NCBI GenBank assembly: GCA_005880985.1
Contig: VBIQ01000008.1
Location: forward strand, 64,003-128,002
DNA from: Chloroflexota bacterium
GTDB lineage: Bacteria > Chloroflexota > Dormibacteria > Aeolococcales > Aeolococcaceae
Direction: 5' to 3'
Length of the DNA stretch: 64,000 nt
Shown in pieces: positions 1-10,317 of the stretch; the first letter of the stretch is position 1, and every line of letters begins with the position of its first letter. Both the position numbers and the translations under genes were made by a program. The notes beneath the pieces were generated by a model. The model ran no database searches. It saw only the letters and a list, made by a program, of their open reading frames with translations, and had not been told where the DNA came from.

Positions 1-1
1 C

Positions 2-1072
2 CGCGGCGGCATGCGCCCTTTGCTGCTCGAGCGAGCGACCCTCGGGGAGGGGTCGACCGCAAAGGGCGCCGGCGGGGTGCGGCAGCAGTTCTCCACCGAG
101 GTCAACGTCCGCGTCAGCCGGATGTCGCGCGCCATGTTGCGCCGCTTTCCCGATGAGATCGGCGCCACCGCGGCGCTGCGCGAGATCGGCTATCTCCTCC
201 TCGCCACCACCGACGTTGAGGCCGAACAGTTCGCCCGCAACGTCGAGGTGCAACGCACTGCCGGGCTCGAGGAGGTCCGGCTGCTGAGCCCCGACCAGGC
301 CCTCGAGCTGGTCCCCGAGCTGCGCGGTGACGATCTGCGCGCCGCCACCTTCTGCCCCACCGACGGTCTCGCCGGGCCTCACGAGGTGACCACCGGGTAC
401 GCCGCCGCGGCGCGCCGGCTGGGAGCGCGGATCGTCGAGGACTGCGCGGTCGAAGCGGTCGAGCGCGATGCCGGCCGGGTCATCAGCGTCCGCGCTCGCG
501 GCCAGAGCGTTGCTGCCTCGATTGTCGTGAACTGCGCGGGCGCCTACGCCGCGGTGGTCGGCGCCATGGCCGGGGTCAGCGTGCCGGTCAAGCCCTACCG
601 CCGCCACATCTTCGTCACCGAGCCCTTCTCGCTGTCGCGGCCGGCGCCGATGACGGTGGACTTCCACACGTCCTTCTATTTCCATCCCGAGGGCGACGGG
701 CTGCTGCTGGGGATGAGCGACCCCGCCGAGCCGCCTTCCTTCGACACCTCGGTCGCCTGGGACTTTCTCGAGCACCTGATCGAGCACGCGACCTGGCGCC
801 TGCCGGTGCTGGAGCGCGCCACCATCCGCACCGGCTGGGCGGGGTTGTACGAGGTGTCGCCCGACAATCAGGCCATCGTCGGAGAGGCGCCGGAGCTGGC
901 GGGCTTCTGGCTCTGCTGCGGGTTCTCGGGACACGGGTTCATGCAGGCGCCGGCGATGGGTCACCTGCTGGCGGAGCGGCTGCTCGGAGGTGAGCCCGAG
1001 ATCGACCTGGCTCCCTACGCCCCGCAACGCTTCGCGCGCGGCGACCTGCGGCCCGAGGCGGCCGTCATCTGA
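2..1072 (+). CDS. FAD-dependent oxidoreductase (DAO family; glycine/sarcosine-oxidase-like), C-terminal part; the 5' end lies outside the window
   Basis: Open frame runs from window edge; translation shows DAO-family C-terminal motifs (GxGxxG-type region, ...CGFSGHGFMQAPAMGHLLAE...); high GC3. Confidence 0.8.
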   Translation, partial: RGGMRPLLLERATLGEGSTAKGAGGVRQQFSTEVNVRVSRMSRAMLRRFPDEIGATAALREIGYLLLATTDVEAEQFARNVEVQRTAGLEEVRLLSPDQALELVPELRGDDLRAATFCPTDGLAGPHEVTTGYAAAARRLGARIVEDCAVEAVERDAGRVISVRARGQSVAASIVVNCAGAYAAVVGAMAGVSVPVKPYRRHIFVTEPFSLSRPAPMTVDFHTSFYFHPEGDGLLLGMSDPAEPPSFDTSVAWDFLEHLIEHATWRLPVLERATIRTGWAGLYEVSPDNQAIVGEAPELAGFWLCCGFSGHGFMQAPAMGHLLAERLLGGEPEIDLAPYAPQRFARGDLRPEAAVI

Positions 1073-1102
1073 GGCCGCTGCGGCCGGGCTGTCAGCGGAC
1101 GG

Positions 1103-2719
1103 TTGCGCCGGCGGCGCCGCGCCGGCCGCCGGGTATCGTGGCCGCGCGTGAGCGCGATGCCAGGGTCGGCCGAGTCACCGCCGCGGCCCCCGCTGGGGCG
1201 GCGCGGGCGGCGGTGGTGGCTGCTGCTGGCGCTGATGGTGGCGCTGGTGCCGACGGTGGTGGTCGCCGGCCTGACCCTGGCCGGCCGAGCGCGCGGCGGC
1301 GGGGCCGAGGTCGCCCTGGTCGGTGCCGTCGCCCGCGGCGCCACCGCGACCAGCATCGACCGCGTTGAGCTCGGCGGTGCGGGCAACACGGTGACGCTGA
1401 CGGCGACGACGTCACCCCTGGCCCGCGCCCCCGACGAGGCCGATCTCGGCGTGCAGCATGTTCCCGCGGGACGCTACCAGGAGGTTCGCGTCGGTGTCGG
1501 TTCCACCACGCTGCGCGCCGCGCTCCGGCTGCAGCTCCATGACGGCGATCTGGTTCCGCTGCTGGTCGTCGTCGACGGTGGCAGGCTCAGCGCCTACACC
1601 GGCAGCGGCGCGGTGAGTCTTGGGTTACAGCTGGCGGGGGGCACCGTGGTCCACCCGCCCGACGCCATCACCCTCGCCGACCAGAACGGGGTCACCGCCT
1701 CGCTGCAGCAGCTGCTGCGTGGCCATCTCACCGTCCTCGTCTCCTTCAACACCCACTGCCACGACACCTGTCCGCTGTACACGGCTCTGCTCGCCGACCT
1801 CGAGCAGACCCTGCGGGCGCGCGGCTGGCAGGACCGGGTGCAGCTGTTGGAGGTGACCATGGACCCGGGCCGCGACAGTCCCGCGGTGCTGAGCGCCTAT
1901 GCCCGGCTGACCGGCGCCGACTGGAGGCTGCTCACCGGCGATCCCGCGGCGGTGCGGCTGTTCTGGAACGCTCTCGGGGTGCGCTATCAGGAATCGGCGT
2001 ATCCGCCGCAGGCCGCGCCGATCGACTGGTACTCGGGAACGCCGGAGGCCTATCACCTCGATCACGATTCGGCGGTCTTCGTCGTCGATGGCGACGGCAA
2101 CAGCGACTTCGCCCTGCTCGGCAATCCGCGCCTCTCCCACGGGCTCAGCCAGCCCCTCGACCACCTGCTGCAGCTCGGCGGCCACTCAGCGGCGCCGTAC
2201 GAGGCGCTGGCAACGTGGACGATCACCGACCTGCTGGACCGCGTCGACGTGGTGCTGCACGAGCCCGCCGAGCAGGCGCGAGCGACCGAGGCCACGGTGG
2301 CGCCGGGGACGGCAGTTCCCGACTTCACCCTCCGTGACCTCGATGGGCAGCAGGTCCGGCTGGCGCAGCTGGTCGGCGCGCCGGTGATCGTCAACTTCTG
2401 GGCCACCTGGTGCGGTCCCTGCCGCGCCGAGCTGCCGCGACTCGCCGCCGCGGTGCGCGAGCATCCCCGACTGCGGGTGCTGGCGGTGGACGAGGCGGAG
2501 GACGCGGCATCGGTGCGCAGCTATCTGCGTTCGCTCACCGGAACCTCGTCGCTCACCGTGCTGTTGGACGGCGACCGCGCCGTGGCGGAGCGATACGCGC
2601 TGGCGGGGATGCCGGTGAGCGTGATGGTCGATGCCGGCGGCACGGTGCGCGCGGTCCACGTGGGCGAGTTGAGCAGCGGCGATCTCCGCCAGGCGTTGAC
2701 GGCGATCGGAGCCGCCTGA
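1103..2719 (+). CDS. Membrane-anchored SCO1/SenC copper chaperone fused to a C-terminal TlpA/ResA-like thioredoxin (alternative start about 1157)
   Basis: N-terminal Arg-rich segment then hydrophobic anchor (WWLLLALMVALVPTVVVAGL); SCO1 CxxxC motif (VLVSFNTHCHDTCP) with downstream His; C-terminal VIVNFWATWCGPCRAELP thioredoxin-fold motif. Confidence 0.8.
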   Translation: MRRRRRAGRRVSWPRVSAMPGSAESPPRPPLGRRGRRWWLLLALMVALVPTVVVAGLTLAGRARGGGAEVALVGAVARGATATSIDRVELGGAGNTVTLTATTSPLARAPDEADLGVQHVPAGRYQEVRVGVGSTTLRAALRLQLHDGDLVPLLVVVDGGRLSAYTGSGAVSLGLQLAGGTVVHPPDAITLADQNGVTASLQQLLRGHLTVLVSFNTHCHDTCPLYTALLADLEQTLRARGWQDRVQLLEVTMDPGRDSPAVLSAYARLTGADWRLLTGDPAAVRLFWNALGVRYQESAYPPQAAPIDWYSGTPEAYHLDHDSAVFVVDGDGNSDFALLGNPRLSHGLSQPLDHLLQLGGHSAAPYEALATWTITDLLDRVDVVLHEPAEQARATEATVAPGTAVPDFTLRDLDGQQVRLAQLVGAPVIVNFWATWCGPCRAELPRLAAAVREHPRLRVLAVDEAEDAASVRSYLRSLTGTSSLTVLLDGDRAVAERYALAGMPVSVMVDAGGTVRAVHVGELSSGDLRQALTAIGAA

Positions 2720-2777
2720 CCGCCGCCGACGGGCGCGGCCCGCGGCAGCGGGAGGGGGAGGTAGCATCAGAGCGGAG

Positions 2778-5519
2778 ATGACCCAGCTCGACGAACGACC
2801 TCCTGCCACGCCGCTGATCTCGGGACCGAGCGGCCCGCTGGCGGTGGTGCCGCCGGCGCTCGAGGACATCGACCCCGAGGAGACCCGGGAGTGGCTGGAG
2901 TCTCTCGACGAGCTCATCGACCGCTACGGTCCCGAGCGCGCTCGCTTCATCGTGACCCGGCTGATGGAACGTGCCCACCACCGGCACGTCCACCTGCCGC
3001 TGCGACGCACCACCGACTACGTCAACACCATCGCTCCCAATGAGGAAGCGGCCTTCCCCGGTGACGAGGCGATGGAACGTCGCATCCGGCGCATCGTCCG
3101 CTGGAACGCGGCCGCCATGGTCACCCGCGCCAACGCCCGCTGGCCGGGCATCGGCGGTCACCTCTCGACCTACGCGTCGGCGGCGTCGCTCTACGAGGTC
3201 GGCTTCAACCACTTCTTCCGCGGCCGCGACAAGGGCTCGGGGGACCAGGTGTACTTCCAGGGTCACGCCACCCCCGGCATCTACGCGCGCGCCTTTCTCG
3301 AGGGGTTCTTCGACGAGGCCCGCCTCGATCACTTTCGCACCGAGGTGCAGGGTCCCGGGCTGTCGTCCTATCCGCATCCGCGGCTGATGCCTGACTTCTG
3401 GGAGTTTCCCACGGTGTCGATGGGCCTCGGCCCGCTCAACGCCATCTATCAGGCACGCTTCAACCGCTACCTGCGCGACCGCGACATCAAGGACACCGAC
3501 GCCTCTCGCGTCTGGTGCTTCGTCGGCGATGGCGAGATGGACGAGCCGGAATCGCTCGCCGGCCTGGCGATCGCGGCCCGCGAGAACCTGGACAACCTGA
3601 TCTTCGTGATCAACTGCAACCTGCAGCGGCTCGATGGCCCGGTGCGCGGCAACGGCAAGGTGATCCAGGAGCTCGAGGCGCTGTTCTTCGGGGCCGGCTG
3701 GAACGTCATCAAGGTGATCTGGGGCCGCGAGTGGGACGACCTGCTGGCACGTGACCGCGACGGAGTGCTGCTGGAGAAGATGAACCGCACCGTTGATGGT
3801 GAGTTCCAGAAGTACGCGACCGAGACAGGCGCGTATGTCCGTGAGCGCTTCTTCGGTCCCGATCCCCGTCTCCAGCAGTTGGTGGCCCATCTCTCCGACG
3901 ATGAGATCCGTCACCTGCGACGGGGCGGCCACGACTACCGCAAGCTCTACAGCGCCTACCGCAAGGCGGTGGAGTGGGAGCACAGCCCCACCGTCATCCT
4001 GGCCAAGACGGTCAAGGGCTGGGTGCTCGGTCCCGTCTTCGAAGCGCGCAACGCCACCCACCAGATCAAGAAGATGAGCGAGCTGGAGGTGAAGACCTTC
4101 CGCGACCGGCTCGAGCTTCCCATTCCCGACTCCGAGCTGAAGGACGGCCATGTGCCCTACTTCCACCCCGGGGAGAAGAGCGAGGAGGTCGCCTACCTGC
4201 GCGAGCGCCGGCAGGCGTTGGGTGGCTACATCCCGCGGCGGTCGACCAAGGCTCGCAAGGTGGAGATGCCCGCCGCCGCCGCCTTCGCCGACCTCTTCGG
4301 CGGCACCGGCGACAAGGGGCAGGCATCGACCACCGCCGCCTTCGTGCGACTGCTGCGCAATCTGCTTCGCGACAAGTCGGTGGGCAAGCGGGTGGTGCCG
4401 GTGATCCCGGATGAGGGACGCACCTTCGGCATGGACGCGCTCTTCCACGAGTTCAAGATCTACGCGTGGACGGGACAGCTCTACGAGCCCGTCGACGCCA
4501 AGATGCTGATCAGCTACCGCGAGGGCAAGGACGGCCAGATCCTCGAGGAGGGAATCACCGAGGCGGGCAGCATGGCGAGCTTCACCGCCGCCGGCACCTC
4601 GTACGCGACCCACGGCGAGCCGATGATCCCGTTCTTCACCTTCTACTCGATGTTCGGGTTCCAGCGGGTGGGCGACCTCATCTGGGCCTTCGGCGACGTG
4701 CGCGGACGCGGCTTCCTGCTCGGCGGCACCGCCGGGCGCACCACCCTGCACGGCGAGGGGCTGCAGCACGACGACGGCCACAGCCTGCTGGTGGCATCGT
4801 CGGTTCCAAACTGCCACGCGTACGATCCTGCTTTCGCCTATGAGGTGGCGGTGATCGTCCGCGACGGCATGCGGCGGATGCTCATCGACAAGCAGGACGT
4901 CTTCTACTACCTCGCGCTCTACAACGAGAACTACCCCATGCCGGCGATGCCCGCCGGGGTGGAGGAGGGGATCGTGCGCGGTCTCTATCCGCTGCACGCC
5001 GCCGAGGGAGTGAACCAGGACGCGCTGCGGGTGCAGCTGCTGGGGAGCGGCCCGATGGTGCGGGCGGCGCTGGAGGCGCAGTCGCTGCTCGCCGACCATC
5101 ACGGCGTGGCCGCCGACGTGTGGAGCGCGACCAGCTACCAGCAACTGCGCGCGGAGGCATTGCGAGTGGAGCGTTGGAACCGCCTCCACCCCACCAAGAC
5201 GCCGCGCGTGCCGCTGGTCACCGAGCAGCTGGCCACCTCGAAGGGGCCGATCATCGCCGTGAGCGACTGGATCAAGTCGGTGCCCGACCAGATCGCGCGC
5301 TGGGCGCCGCGGCGCTGGTGGACCTTGGGGACGGACGGATTCGGTCGCAGCGACACCCGCGAGGCGCTGCGCCGCCACTTCGAGGTCGACAGTGGCCACG
5401 TGGTGGTGGCGGCTCTGCATGCCCTCGCCGTCGAAGGCGCGGTGGAACCGGCGGCGGTGGCGGCCGCCATCAAGCGCTACGGCATCGACCCCGATGCCGT
5501 GGATCCCCGCGACGCGTAA
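2778..5519 (+). CDS. aceE: Pyruvate dehydrogenase E1 component (homodimeric type)
   Basis: 913-aa product with characteristic AceE N-terminus (EETREWLESLDELIDRYGPERARFI...), ThDP-binding region and full length. Confidence 0.95.
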   Translation: MTQLDERPPATPLISGPSGPLAVVPPALEDIDPEETREWLESLDELIDRYGPERARFIVTRLMERAHHRHVHLPLRRTTDYVNTIAPNEEAAFPGDEAMERRIRRIVRWNAAAMVTRANARWPGIGGHLSTYASAASLYEVGFNHFFRGRDKGSGDQVYFQGHATPGIYARAFLEGFFDEARLDHFRTEVQGPGLSSYPHPRLMPDFWEFPTVSMGLGPLNAIYQARFNRYLRDRDIKDTDASRVWCFVGDGEMDEPESLAGLAIAARENLDNLIFVINCNLQRLDGPVRGNGKVIQELEALFFGAGWNVIKVIWGREWDDLLARDRDGVLLEKMNRTVDGEFQKYATETGAYVRERFFGPDPRLQQLVAHLSDDEIRHLRRGGHDYRKLYSAYRKAVEWEHSPTVILAKTVKGWVLGPVFEARNATHQIKKMSELEVKTFRDRLELPIPDSELKDGHVPYFHPGEKSEEVAYLRERRQALGGYIPRRSTKARKVEMPAAAAFADLFGGTGDKGQASTTAAFVRLLRNLLRDKSVGKRVVPVIPDEGRTFGMDALFHEFKIYAWTGQLYEPVDAKMLISYREGKDGQILEEGITEAGSMASFTAAGTSYATHGEPMIPFFTFYSMFGFQRVGDLIWAFGDVRGRGFLLGGTAGRTTLHGEGLQHDDGHSLLVASSVPNCHAYDPAFAYEVAVIVRDGMRRMLIDKQDVFYYLALYNENYPMPAMPAGVEEGIVRGLYPLHAAEGVNQDALRVQLLGSGPMVRAALEAQSLLADHHGVAADVWSATSYQQLRAEALRVERWNRLHPTKTPRVPLVTEQLATSKGPIIAVSDWIKSVPDQIARWAPRRWWTLGTDGFGRSDTREALRRHFEVDSGHVVVAALHALAVEGAVEPAAVAAAIKRYGIDPDAVDPRDA

Positions 5520-5525
5520 CCACGA

Positions 5526-6884
5526 TTGCGTGTCGGTGCGAGGAGGGTGATCGAGCCGAGCGGAATCGAGGCGCCGGTCGACCTCGCCGCCGTGAGCGCC
5601 GAGCCGGCCGCGCAGGCTTCCCCAGCGCGGGCACTGCGCCGCTTTCCCCCTCCGGCGCTCCAGGTCCGCCCCTTTCGCTGGTACTGGCTCGCGCAGTGGC
5701 CGGTGCTGCTCGGCGTCTGGATGCAGATGGTCGCCCTCGGCTACCTGGTGTACCGCCAGACGCACAGCAGCACCGCGGTCGGTGTCGCCGCCGCCGCTCA
5801 GGGACTGCCCGCGGTGCTGCTCTCCCTGGCCGGCGGAGTCGCCGCCGACCGGGTGCCCCGCCGCCGGATCCTGCTGGTGACCCAGAGCGTGCTCGGCACC
5901 AGCGCGGCAACCCTCGCCGTGCTTGCGGCGACCGGGCACGCGACCTTCGCCGCCATCGTGGTGGTCGCCGCCGTCTTCGGCTCGGCCGACGCCGTCGACC
6001 TGCCCACCAGGCAGGCGCTGGTCGCCGACCTGGTCGACCGCGAGCTGATCGTCAGCGCCGTCGCCCTCGGCACGGTGGTGATGAGCGCCACCCGCATCGC
6101 CGGGCCTTCACTCGCCGGGGTGCTGATCGCCTGGACCGGTCCCGCCGCCTGCTTCGCCACCTTGGCCCTCGCCTACACGGTGCCGCTGGCGGTGCTCGCT
6201 CTGGTGATCCCCGACCTGCCACCGGCGCCGCGGCGGGCCGGCAGCACCGCCTTGGGCGAGATCGGCCGGGCGCTGAGCACGGCCGCGCGTGATCGGCTGG
6301 TGCGTCCGGTGCTGATCTGCGTCGCCGTCATCTCCTTCCTCGGGGTGTCGTACATGCCGTACCTGCCTGTCCTGGCAGCAACTCGGCTGCACGGCGGCTC
6401 GACCGTGCTCGGCATCCTCTACAGCACCGGTGGGATCGGCGGCCTGGTGGGGGGAGTGGCGCTGGCATCGCTGGGGCGGACGGCGTCGCGGCGGCCGCTG
6501 CTCCTCGGCGGGGCGGTGCTCTATGCCTGCGGGTTGTTCACCGTCAGCCACACCGGTGCGCTGGCGGTCGCCCTGCCCGCGCTGGTGCTGATCACCCTCG
6601 GCTTTCTGGCGATGAACACCTCGCTGACGACGTGGATCCAGGCCGACACCGATCCCGCGATGCGCGGCCGCCTGCTCGGCATCTACACCATGCTGCTGGC
6701 CGGACTGCAGCCGCTGGGCACGTTGACCTACGGGCTGCTCGCCCACGTGGTGCCGCTGTTCGACGCCATCGGCATCGGCGGGCTGATCGTCGGCGCCGTC
6801 GGGGTGCTCACCGCCGGCAGCCCGGCGATGCGTGGTGCCTCAGGGGTCGCGCCCGCGGTCGCCGCAGTCGACGATCCTGGCTGA
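5526..6884 (+). CDS. MFS transporter (EntS/YbdA-like exporter family), start uncertain
   Basis: 12 predicted TM segments, MFS signature region (FRWYWLAQWPVLLGVWMQMVALGYLVY...GGVAADRVPRRRIL). Confidence 0.8.
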   Translation: MRVGARRVIEPSGIEAPVDLAAVSAEPAAQASPARALRRFPPPALQVRPFRWYWLAQWPVLLGVWMQMVALGYLVYRQTHSSTAVGVAAAAQGLPAVLLSLAGGVAADRVPRRRILLVTQSVLGTSAATLAVLAATGHATFAAIVVVAAVFGSADAVDLPTRQALVADLVDRELIVSAVALGTVVMSATRIAGPSLAGVLIAWTGPAACFATLALAYTVPLAVLALVIPDLPPAPRRAGSTALGEIGRALSTAARDRLVRPVLICVAVISFLGVSYMPYLPVLAATRLHGGSTVLGILYSTGGIGGLVGGVALASLGRTASRRPLLLGGAVLYACGLFTVSHTGALAVALPALVLITLGFLAMNTSLTTWIQADTDPAMRGRLLGIYTMLLAGLQPLGTLTYGLLAHVVPLFDAIGIGGLIVGAVGVLTAGSPAMRGASGVAPAVAAVDDPG

Positions 6885-6924
6885 GAGGACGCTCGAGCTC
6901 GGCGGACTACACTGCCCGACCGCC

Positions 6925-7899
6925 ATGCCCCCGGGTCTCGGTCGACGCAACGCTGCCCTCGTCGCGTCGGCGGCGGCAGCGCTCGCCTCGATGCTGCTTC
7001 TCAGCGGCTGCGGTGGGCCGACCTCGAACGCGGCCGCCACCGCCTCCAGCCCGGTCGCCCGGGTCGGGAACGACGTGATCCCGGTGTCCCTCTTCGAGCT
7101 CCGGGTCGGCAAGACCCTGGCCGGCATCCGCCAGGGAGGAGGGCCGGCGCAGGGTTCACCCGGCTACGCGGCGATGGTGAAACAGGTGCGGGCCAGCGTC
7201 ATGCGCAGCCTGATCATCGACACCGTCATCGCTCACGAGGCGTCGTTTCGTGGACTGGGCGCGACCGATGCAGAGGTTGAGCGCGAGCTCGCCAACGACG
7301 CCCGCGCCGCGGGAGGGATGGACAAGCTCCGCCAGCAGCTCGCCGGCGACGGTGGGTCACTCGATCAGCGCCGTGACGAGCTGCGCGCGCACATCAACGA
7401 GCAGCGCCTCGAGGATCTCTTCGCCAGGCAGCGAGCCGACGAGATCGCGGCTCAGCTCAACCACGGTGCCGACTTCGCCACCCTGGCGACGCAGCTCTCC
7501 GACGACGTGGCGACGCGCAGCCGCGGCGGTGATCTCGGAGTGCTCGGCGCAGACCAGCTCCGCGCCGGCGACGCGGCCTTCTCCGTCGCGGTCACCGCCC
7601 TGTCCGCCGGTCACACCACCTCCGCGCCGGTTCGTGACGACGCCGGGTACGAGCTGATCCGGGTCGACACCGTCGCCGCCGCCGGAAGCAGCGTGCGCCA
7701 CATCCTGGTGGCGGCCCCGCGCGTCTATCGTGTCGCCGACCGGCCCGCATGGTTCAGCCAGTCGATCCTCGACGCCGTCGCCCAGGACTGCGCGCACAAG
7801 GCGATCACCGTCTACATCGACGCGGGTCAGCAGCCGTGCGTCGCCGGTGCGTCGGCAACCGCGTCGCCGGCAACGGGTACCGCCTCCCCGACCCGGTGA
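6925..7899 (+). CDS. Lipoprotein peptidyl-prolyl cis-trans isomerase (SurA-N-like plus PpiC/parvulin domain)
   Basis: Signal peptide with lipobox (LLLSGCGG); parvulin rotamase region (ADFATLATQLSDD...SRGGDLGVLG...); ORF track start 6832 trimmed to the Met before the signal peptide. Confidence 0.8.
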   Translation: MPPGLGRRNAALVASAAAALASMLLLSGCGGPTSNAAATASSPVARVGNDVIPVSLFELRVGKTLAGIRQGGGPAQGSPGYAAMVKQVRASVMRSLIIDTVIAHEASFRGLGATDAEVERELANDARAAGGMDKLRQQLAGDGGSLDQRRDELRAHINEQRLEDLFARQRADEIAAQLNHGADFATLATQLSDDVATRSRGGDLGVLGADQLRAGDAAFSVAVTALSAGHTTSAPVRDDAGYELIRVDTVAAAGSSVRHILVAAPRVYRVADRPAWFSQSILDAVAQDCAHKAITVYIDAGQQPCVAGASATASPATGTASPTR

Positions 7900-8498
7900 G
7901 GGCGTTCCTGGGCGTCGCCGTCACCGAGCCCGCGCTTGCCGCGGCGGTCTCGCTGCTGGCGGAGCTGCGGCGGGAGGTCGCCGACGTTCGCTGGGTCCGC
8001 GACGAGGGGCTCCACCTGACCATTCATTTCTTCGGCGCGCTTCCCGCCGATCGCCTCGATGCCGCGGTGGCCGCGGTGGCCCCCGCGGCGGCGGCCACGT
8101 CGCCCTTCCGGGTGCGCCTCGCCGGGCCGGGCAGCTTTCCCGGCGGGCGTCGCGAGCGGGTGCTCTGGATCGGGGCGTCCGAGGGGACGGCGGAGATGGC
8201 GGCCCTGGCCGGGCGCTGCACCGCGGGCCTCGCCGCCACCGGCTTCGCCGTCGAGGAGCGACCGTTCCGCGCCCACTGCACCCTGGGGCGGCCCCGCGGC
8301 ACGGCGCTGAGCGCCGCCGCACGCGGGGCCTGGGAGCAGGCTGCCGCCGCCTCACTGCCCGCGTTCACCGCCGACCGGCTGACCCTCTACGAGTCGGTCC
8401 CGGCCCAGGGCGGACCCCTCTACGTGCCTCGCGCCGAGGCGGGGTTCGGTCAGGCGGGCTCGGCGAGTGCCGGGTTCGGCGCCGGCACCGGGGCCTGA
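7896..8498 (+). CDS. thpR: RNA 2',3'-cyclic phosphodiesterase (2H phosphoesterase, LigT/ThpR)
   Basis: Two H-x-T/S-x motifs (HLTIHFFG and AHCTLGR) at the expected spacing; GTG start overlapping the upstream stop (GTGA). Confidence 0.8.
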   Translation: MRAFLGVAVTEPALAAAVSLLAELRREVADVRWVRDEGLHLTIHFFGALPADRLDAAVAAVAPAAAATSPFRVRLAGPGSFPGGRRERVLWIGASEGTAEMAALAGRCTAGLAATGFAVEERPFRAHCTLGRPRGTALSAAARGAWEQAAAASLPAFTADRLTLYESVPAQGGPLYVPRAEAGFGQAGSASAGFGAGTGA

Positions 8499-9394
8499 AG
8501 CGCGGCCACCGGCGCCGGTCGCGGCCGGCCAACCACCACCCCGGCGATCACCACCACGCCGCCCGCCAGTTGCAGCGGTCGCAGCGTCTCGCCCAGCGCC
8601 AGGAAGGCCACCACCGCCCCGAGGAAGGGCTGGAGGTAGCCGTAGACCGCCGCCCGGGTCGCGCCGAGGTGCTCGAGGCCGATGTAGAAGGCGAGGTTGC
8701 ACCAGCCGACCGCCATCACCGTGCTGAAGGCGAAGAAGCCGAGCAGCTGCCAGCTCAGCCGTGGCGGGGCCGTCGCCGCCTGGGCGGCGGCCACCGGGAG
8801 CAGGGGCAGGGCGCCGAGGATGGTGACCCAGCCGCTCAGGACCAGGGGCTGGTAGCGGGGGAGGAGGTCGACCAGGCGGGTGACGTAGAACGCCCAGACC
8901 AGCGGCGCTCCCAGGGCGATGAGGTCGCCGCCGATCTGGCCGTGCGCCCCGCCGCCCGCTCCGACCACCAGGACCAGGCCGGCCGCGCCCACCAGCATGC
9001 CGCTCCAGGCGCGGGCTCCAATCCGCTCGGAGCTCAGCAGCGCGCCGTAGGCGGCCACCACCAGGGGGGTGGCGCCGAGGATCAGGGAGACGTCGACGGC
9101 GGTGGTGTAGCGCAGCGAGACGGTGAAGGCGGTCTGGTTGGCGGCGATTCCGAAGAGCCCCGCCAGCGCCATCGCCCCCAGGTCGCGAAGCGGCGGCCGC
9201 CCCGACTCGGAACGGTGTAAACGCACCACGCTGAGCAGAAGCGTCCCACCGAGAAGGAACCGCGCCGCCGTGTACACGAGCGGGTCGACCGCGTCGAGGG
9301 CGACCTTGACCACGATGACGTTGACGCTCCAGACGCAGATCGCCGAGAGGACGAGGAGGTCGGAGGAGGACGCGCGGCGCGGGTGGCGACTCAC
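8450..9394 (-). CDS. EamA/DMT-family transporter
   Basis: 10 TM helices in two EamA-like halves; typical length about 300 aa. Confidence 0.8.
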   Translation of the reverse strand: MSRHPRRASSSDLLVLSAICVWSVNVIVVKVALDAVDPLVYTAARFLLGGTLLLSVVRLHRSESGRPPLRDLGAMALAGLFGIAANQTAFTVSLRYTTAVDVSLILGATPLVVAAYGALLSSERIGARAWSGMLVGAAGLVLVVGAGGGAHGQIGGDLIALGAPLVWAFYVTRLVDLLPRYQPLVLSGWVTILGALPLLPVAAAQAATAPPRLSWQLLGFFAFSTVMAVGWCNLAFYIGLEHLGATRAAVYGYLQPFLGAVVAFLALGETLRPLQLAGGVVVIAGVVVGRPRPAPVAALQAPVPAPNPALAEPA

Positions 9395-9563
9395 CCGGGC
9401 ACCCTACCGGAGGGCGGATGAACGGCGCCGGCGAAATGCAGCCCGGCCGGCACCGCAAGGGGATGAGCGCCACGTGTTAGGGGGGACAGCGACCGCGCGC
9501 CCCATGAAGAGAGGACAGGGGGGTGGGGGAGACGTTGCAGCGGCCACCGGCGTGGATGTGGCC

Positions 9564-10262
9564 TCAGTCGCCCCCCGTGGCGGCGGCGAGCACCGCCCTC
9601 GCCCCGGCGGCCGGGCCGCCAGGATGGCCGAAGACCGCGGTTCCCGAGACCAGGACGGTGGCACCGGCCTCGACGCAGGCGCGCGCGTTGGCGGTGTCGA
9701 CCCCGCCGTCGACCTCGACCTCGGTGGCCAGGCCCTGCCGCTCCACCTCCCGGCGAACCTGCTCCACCTTGTGGAGAGTGCGGGGGATCAGCTCCTGGCC
9801 GCCGAACCCGGGATCGATGGTCATCACCAGGGCCAGGTCGCAGGCCTCGAGGACGTCGTCCAGGTGATGGGCGGCTGTGCTGGGATTGATGGCGGCGCCG
9901 GCGCGGCAGTTCAGCTCGCGGATGGCGCCGAGGGTCCGATGCAGATGGGGGGAGACCTCGTAGTGGACGGTGATGCCGTCGGCGCCGGCTCGGGCGAAGG
10001 TCACGAGGTGGCGCTCGGGATCGACGATCATCAGGTGGAGCTCGAGGGGCAGCTCGGTCTCCCGGCGCAGGGAGCGCACGGTGTCGGTGCCGAAGGTGAA
10101 GTTGGGCACGAAGACGCCGTCCATCACGTCGACGTGAATCCGCTCGGCGCCGCCTCCCTCGAGCGCGCGCACGGCGTCTGCGAGGTGGCCGAAGTCGGCA
10201 GCCAGGACGCTGGGAGCGAGATGGATCGCCCCGGGGCACGGCGTCCAGGTGGAGCGCGGCAT
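9564..10262 (-). CDS. rpe: Ribulose-phosphate 3-epimerase
   Basis: Strong Rpe signature (APSVLAADF...HVDVMDGVFVPN...HLMIVDPE...MTIDPGFGGQ). Confidence 0.9.
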   Translation of the reverse strand: MPRSTWTPCPGAIHLAPSVLAADFGHLADAVRALEGGGAERIHVDVMDGVFVPNFTFGTDTVRSLRRETELPLELHLMIVDPERHLVTFARAGADGITVHYEVSPHLHRTLGAIRELNCRAGAAINPSTAAHHLDDVLEACDLALVMTIDPGFGGQELIPRTLHKVEQVRREVERQGLATEVEVDGGVDTANARACVEAGATVLVSGTAVFGHPGGPAAGARAVLAAATGGD

Positions 10263-10317
10263 CCGGTGATGATGCCAGCGCCTCCCATCGTGGTGGCGGT
10301 TTGCCAGACTGCGCGGC

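Noticed and set aside
2553-5939. 1128-aa ORF antisense to aceE. Similar long antisense or overlapping ORFs occur at 16341-17429, 16999-18714, 37076-39910, 41291-43339, 56470-58701 and 56486-59998.
   Set aside because: Arg/Pro/Gly-rich, low-complexity translations typical of stop-codon-poor alternative frames in a 70% GC genome. Each overlaps a well-supported gene on the other strand with clear family motifs.
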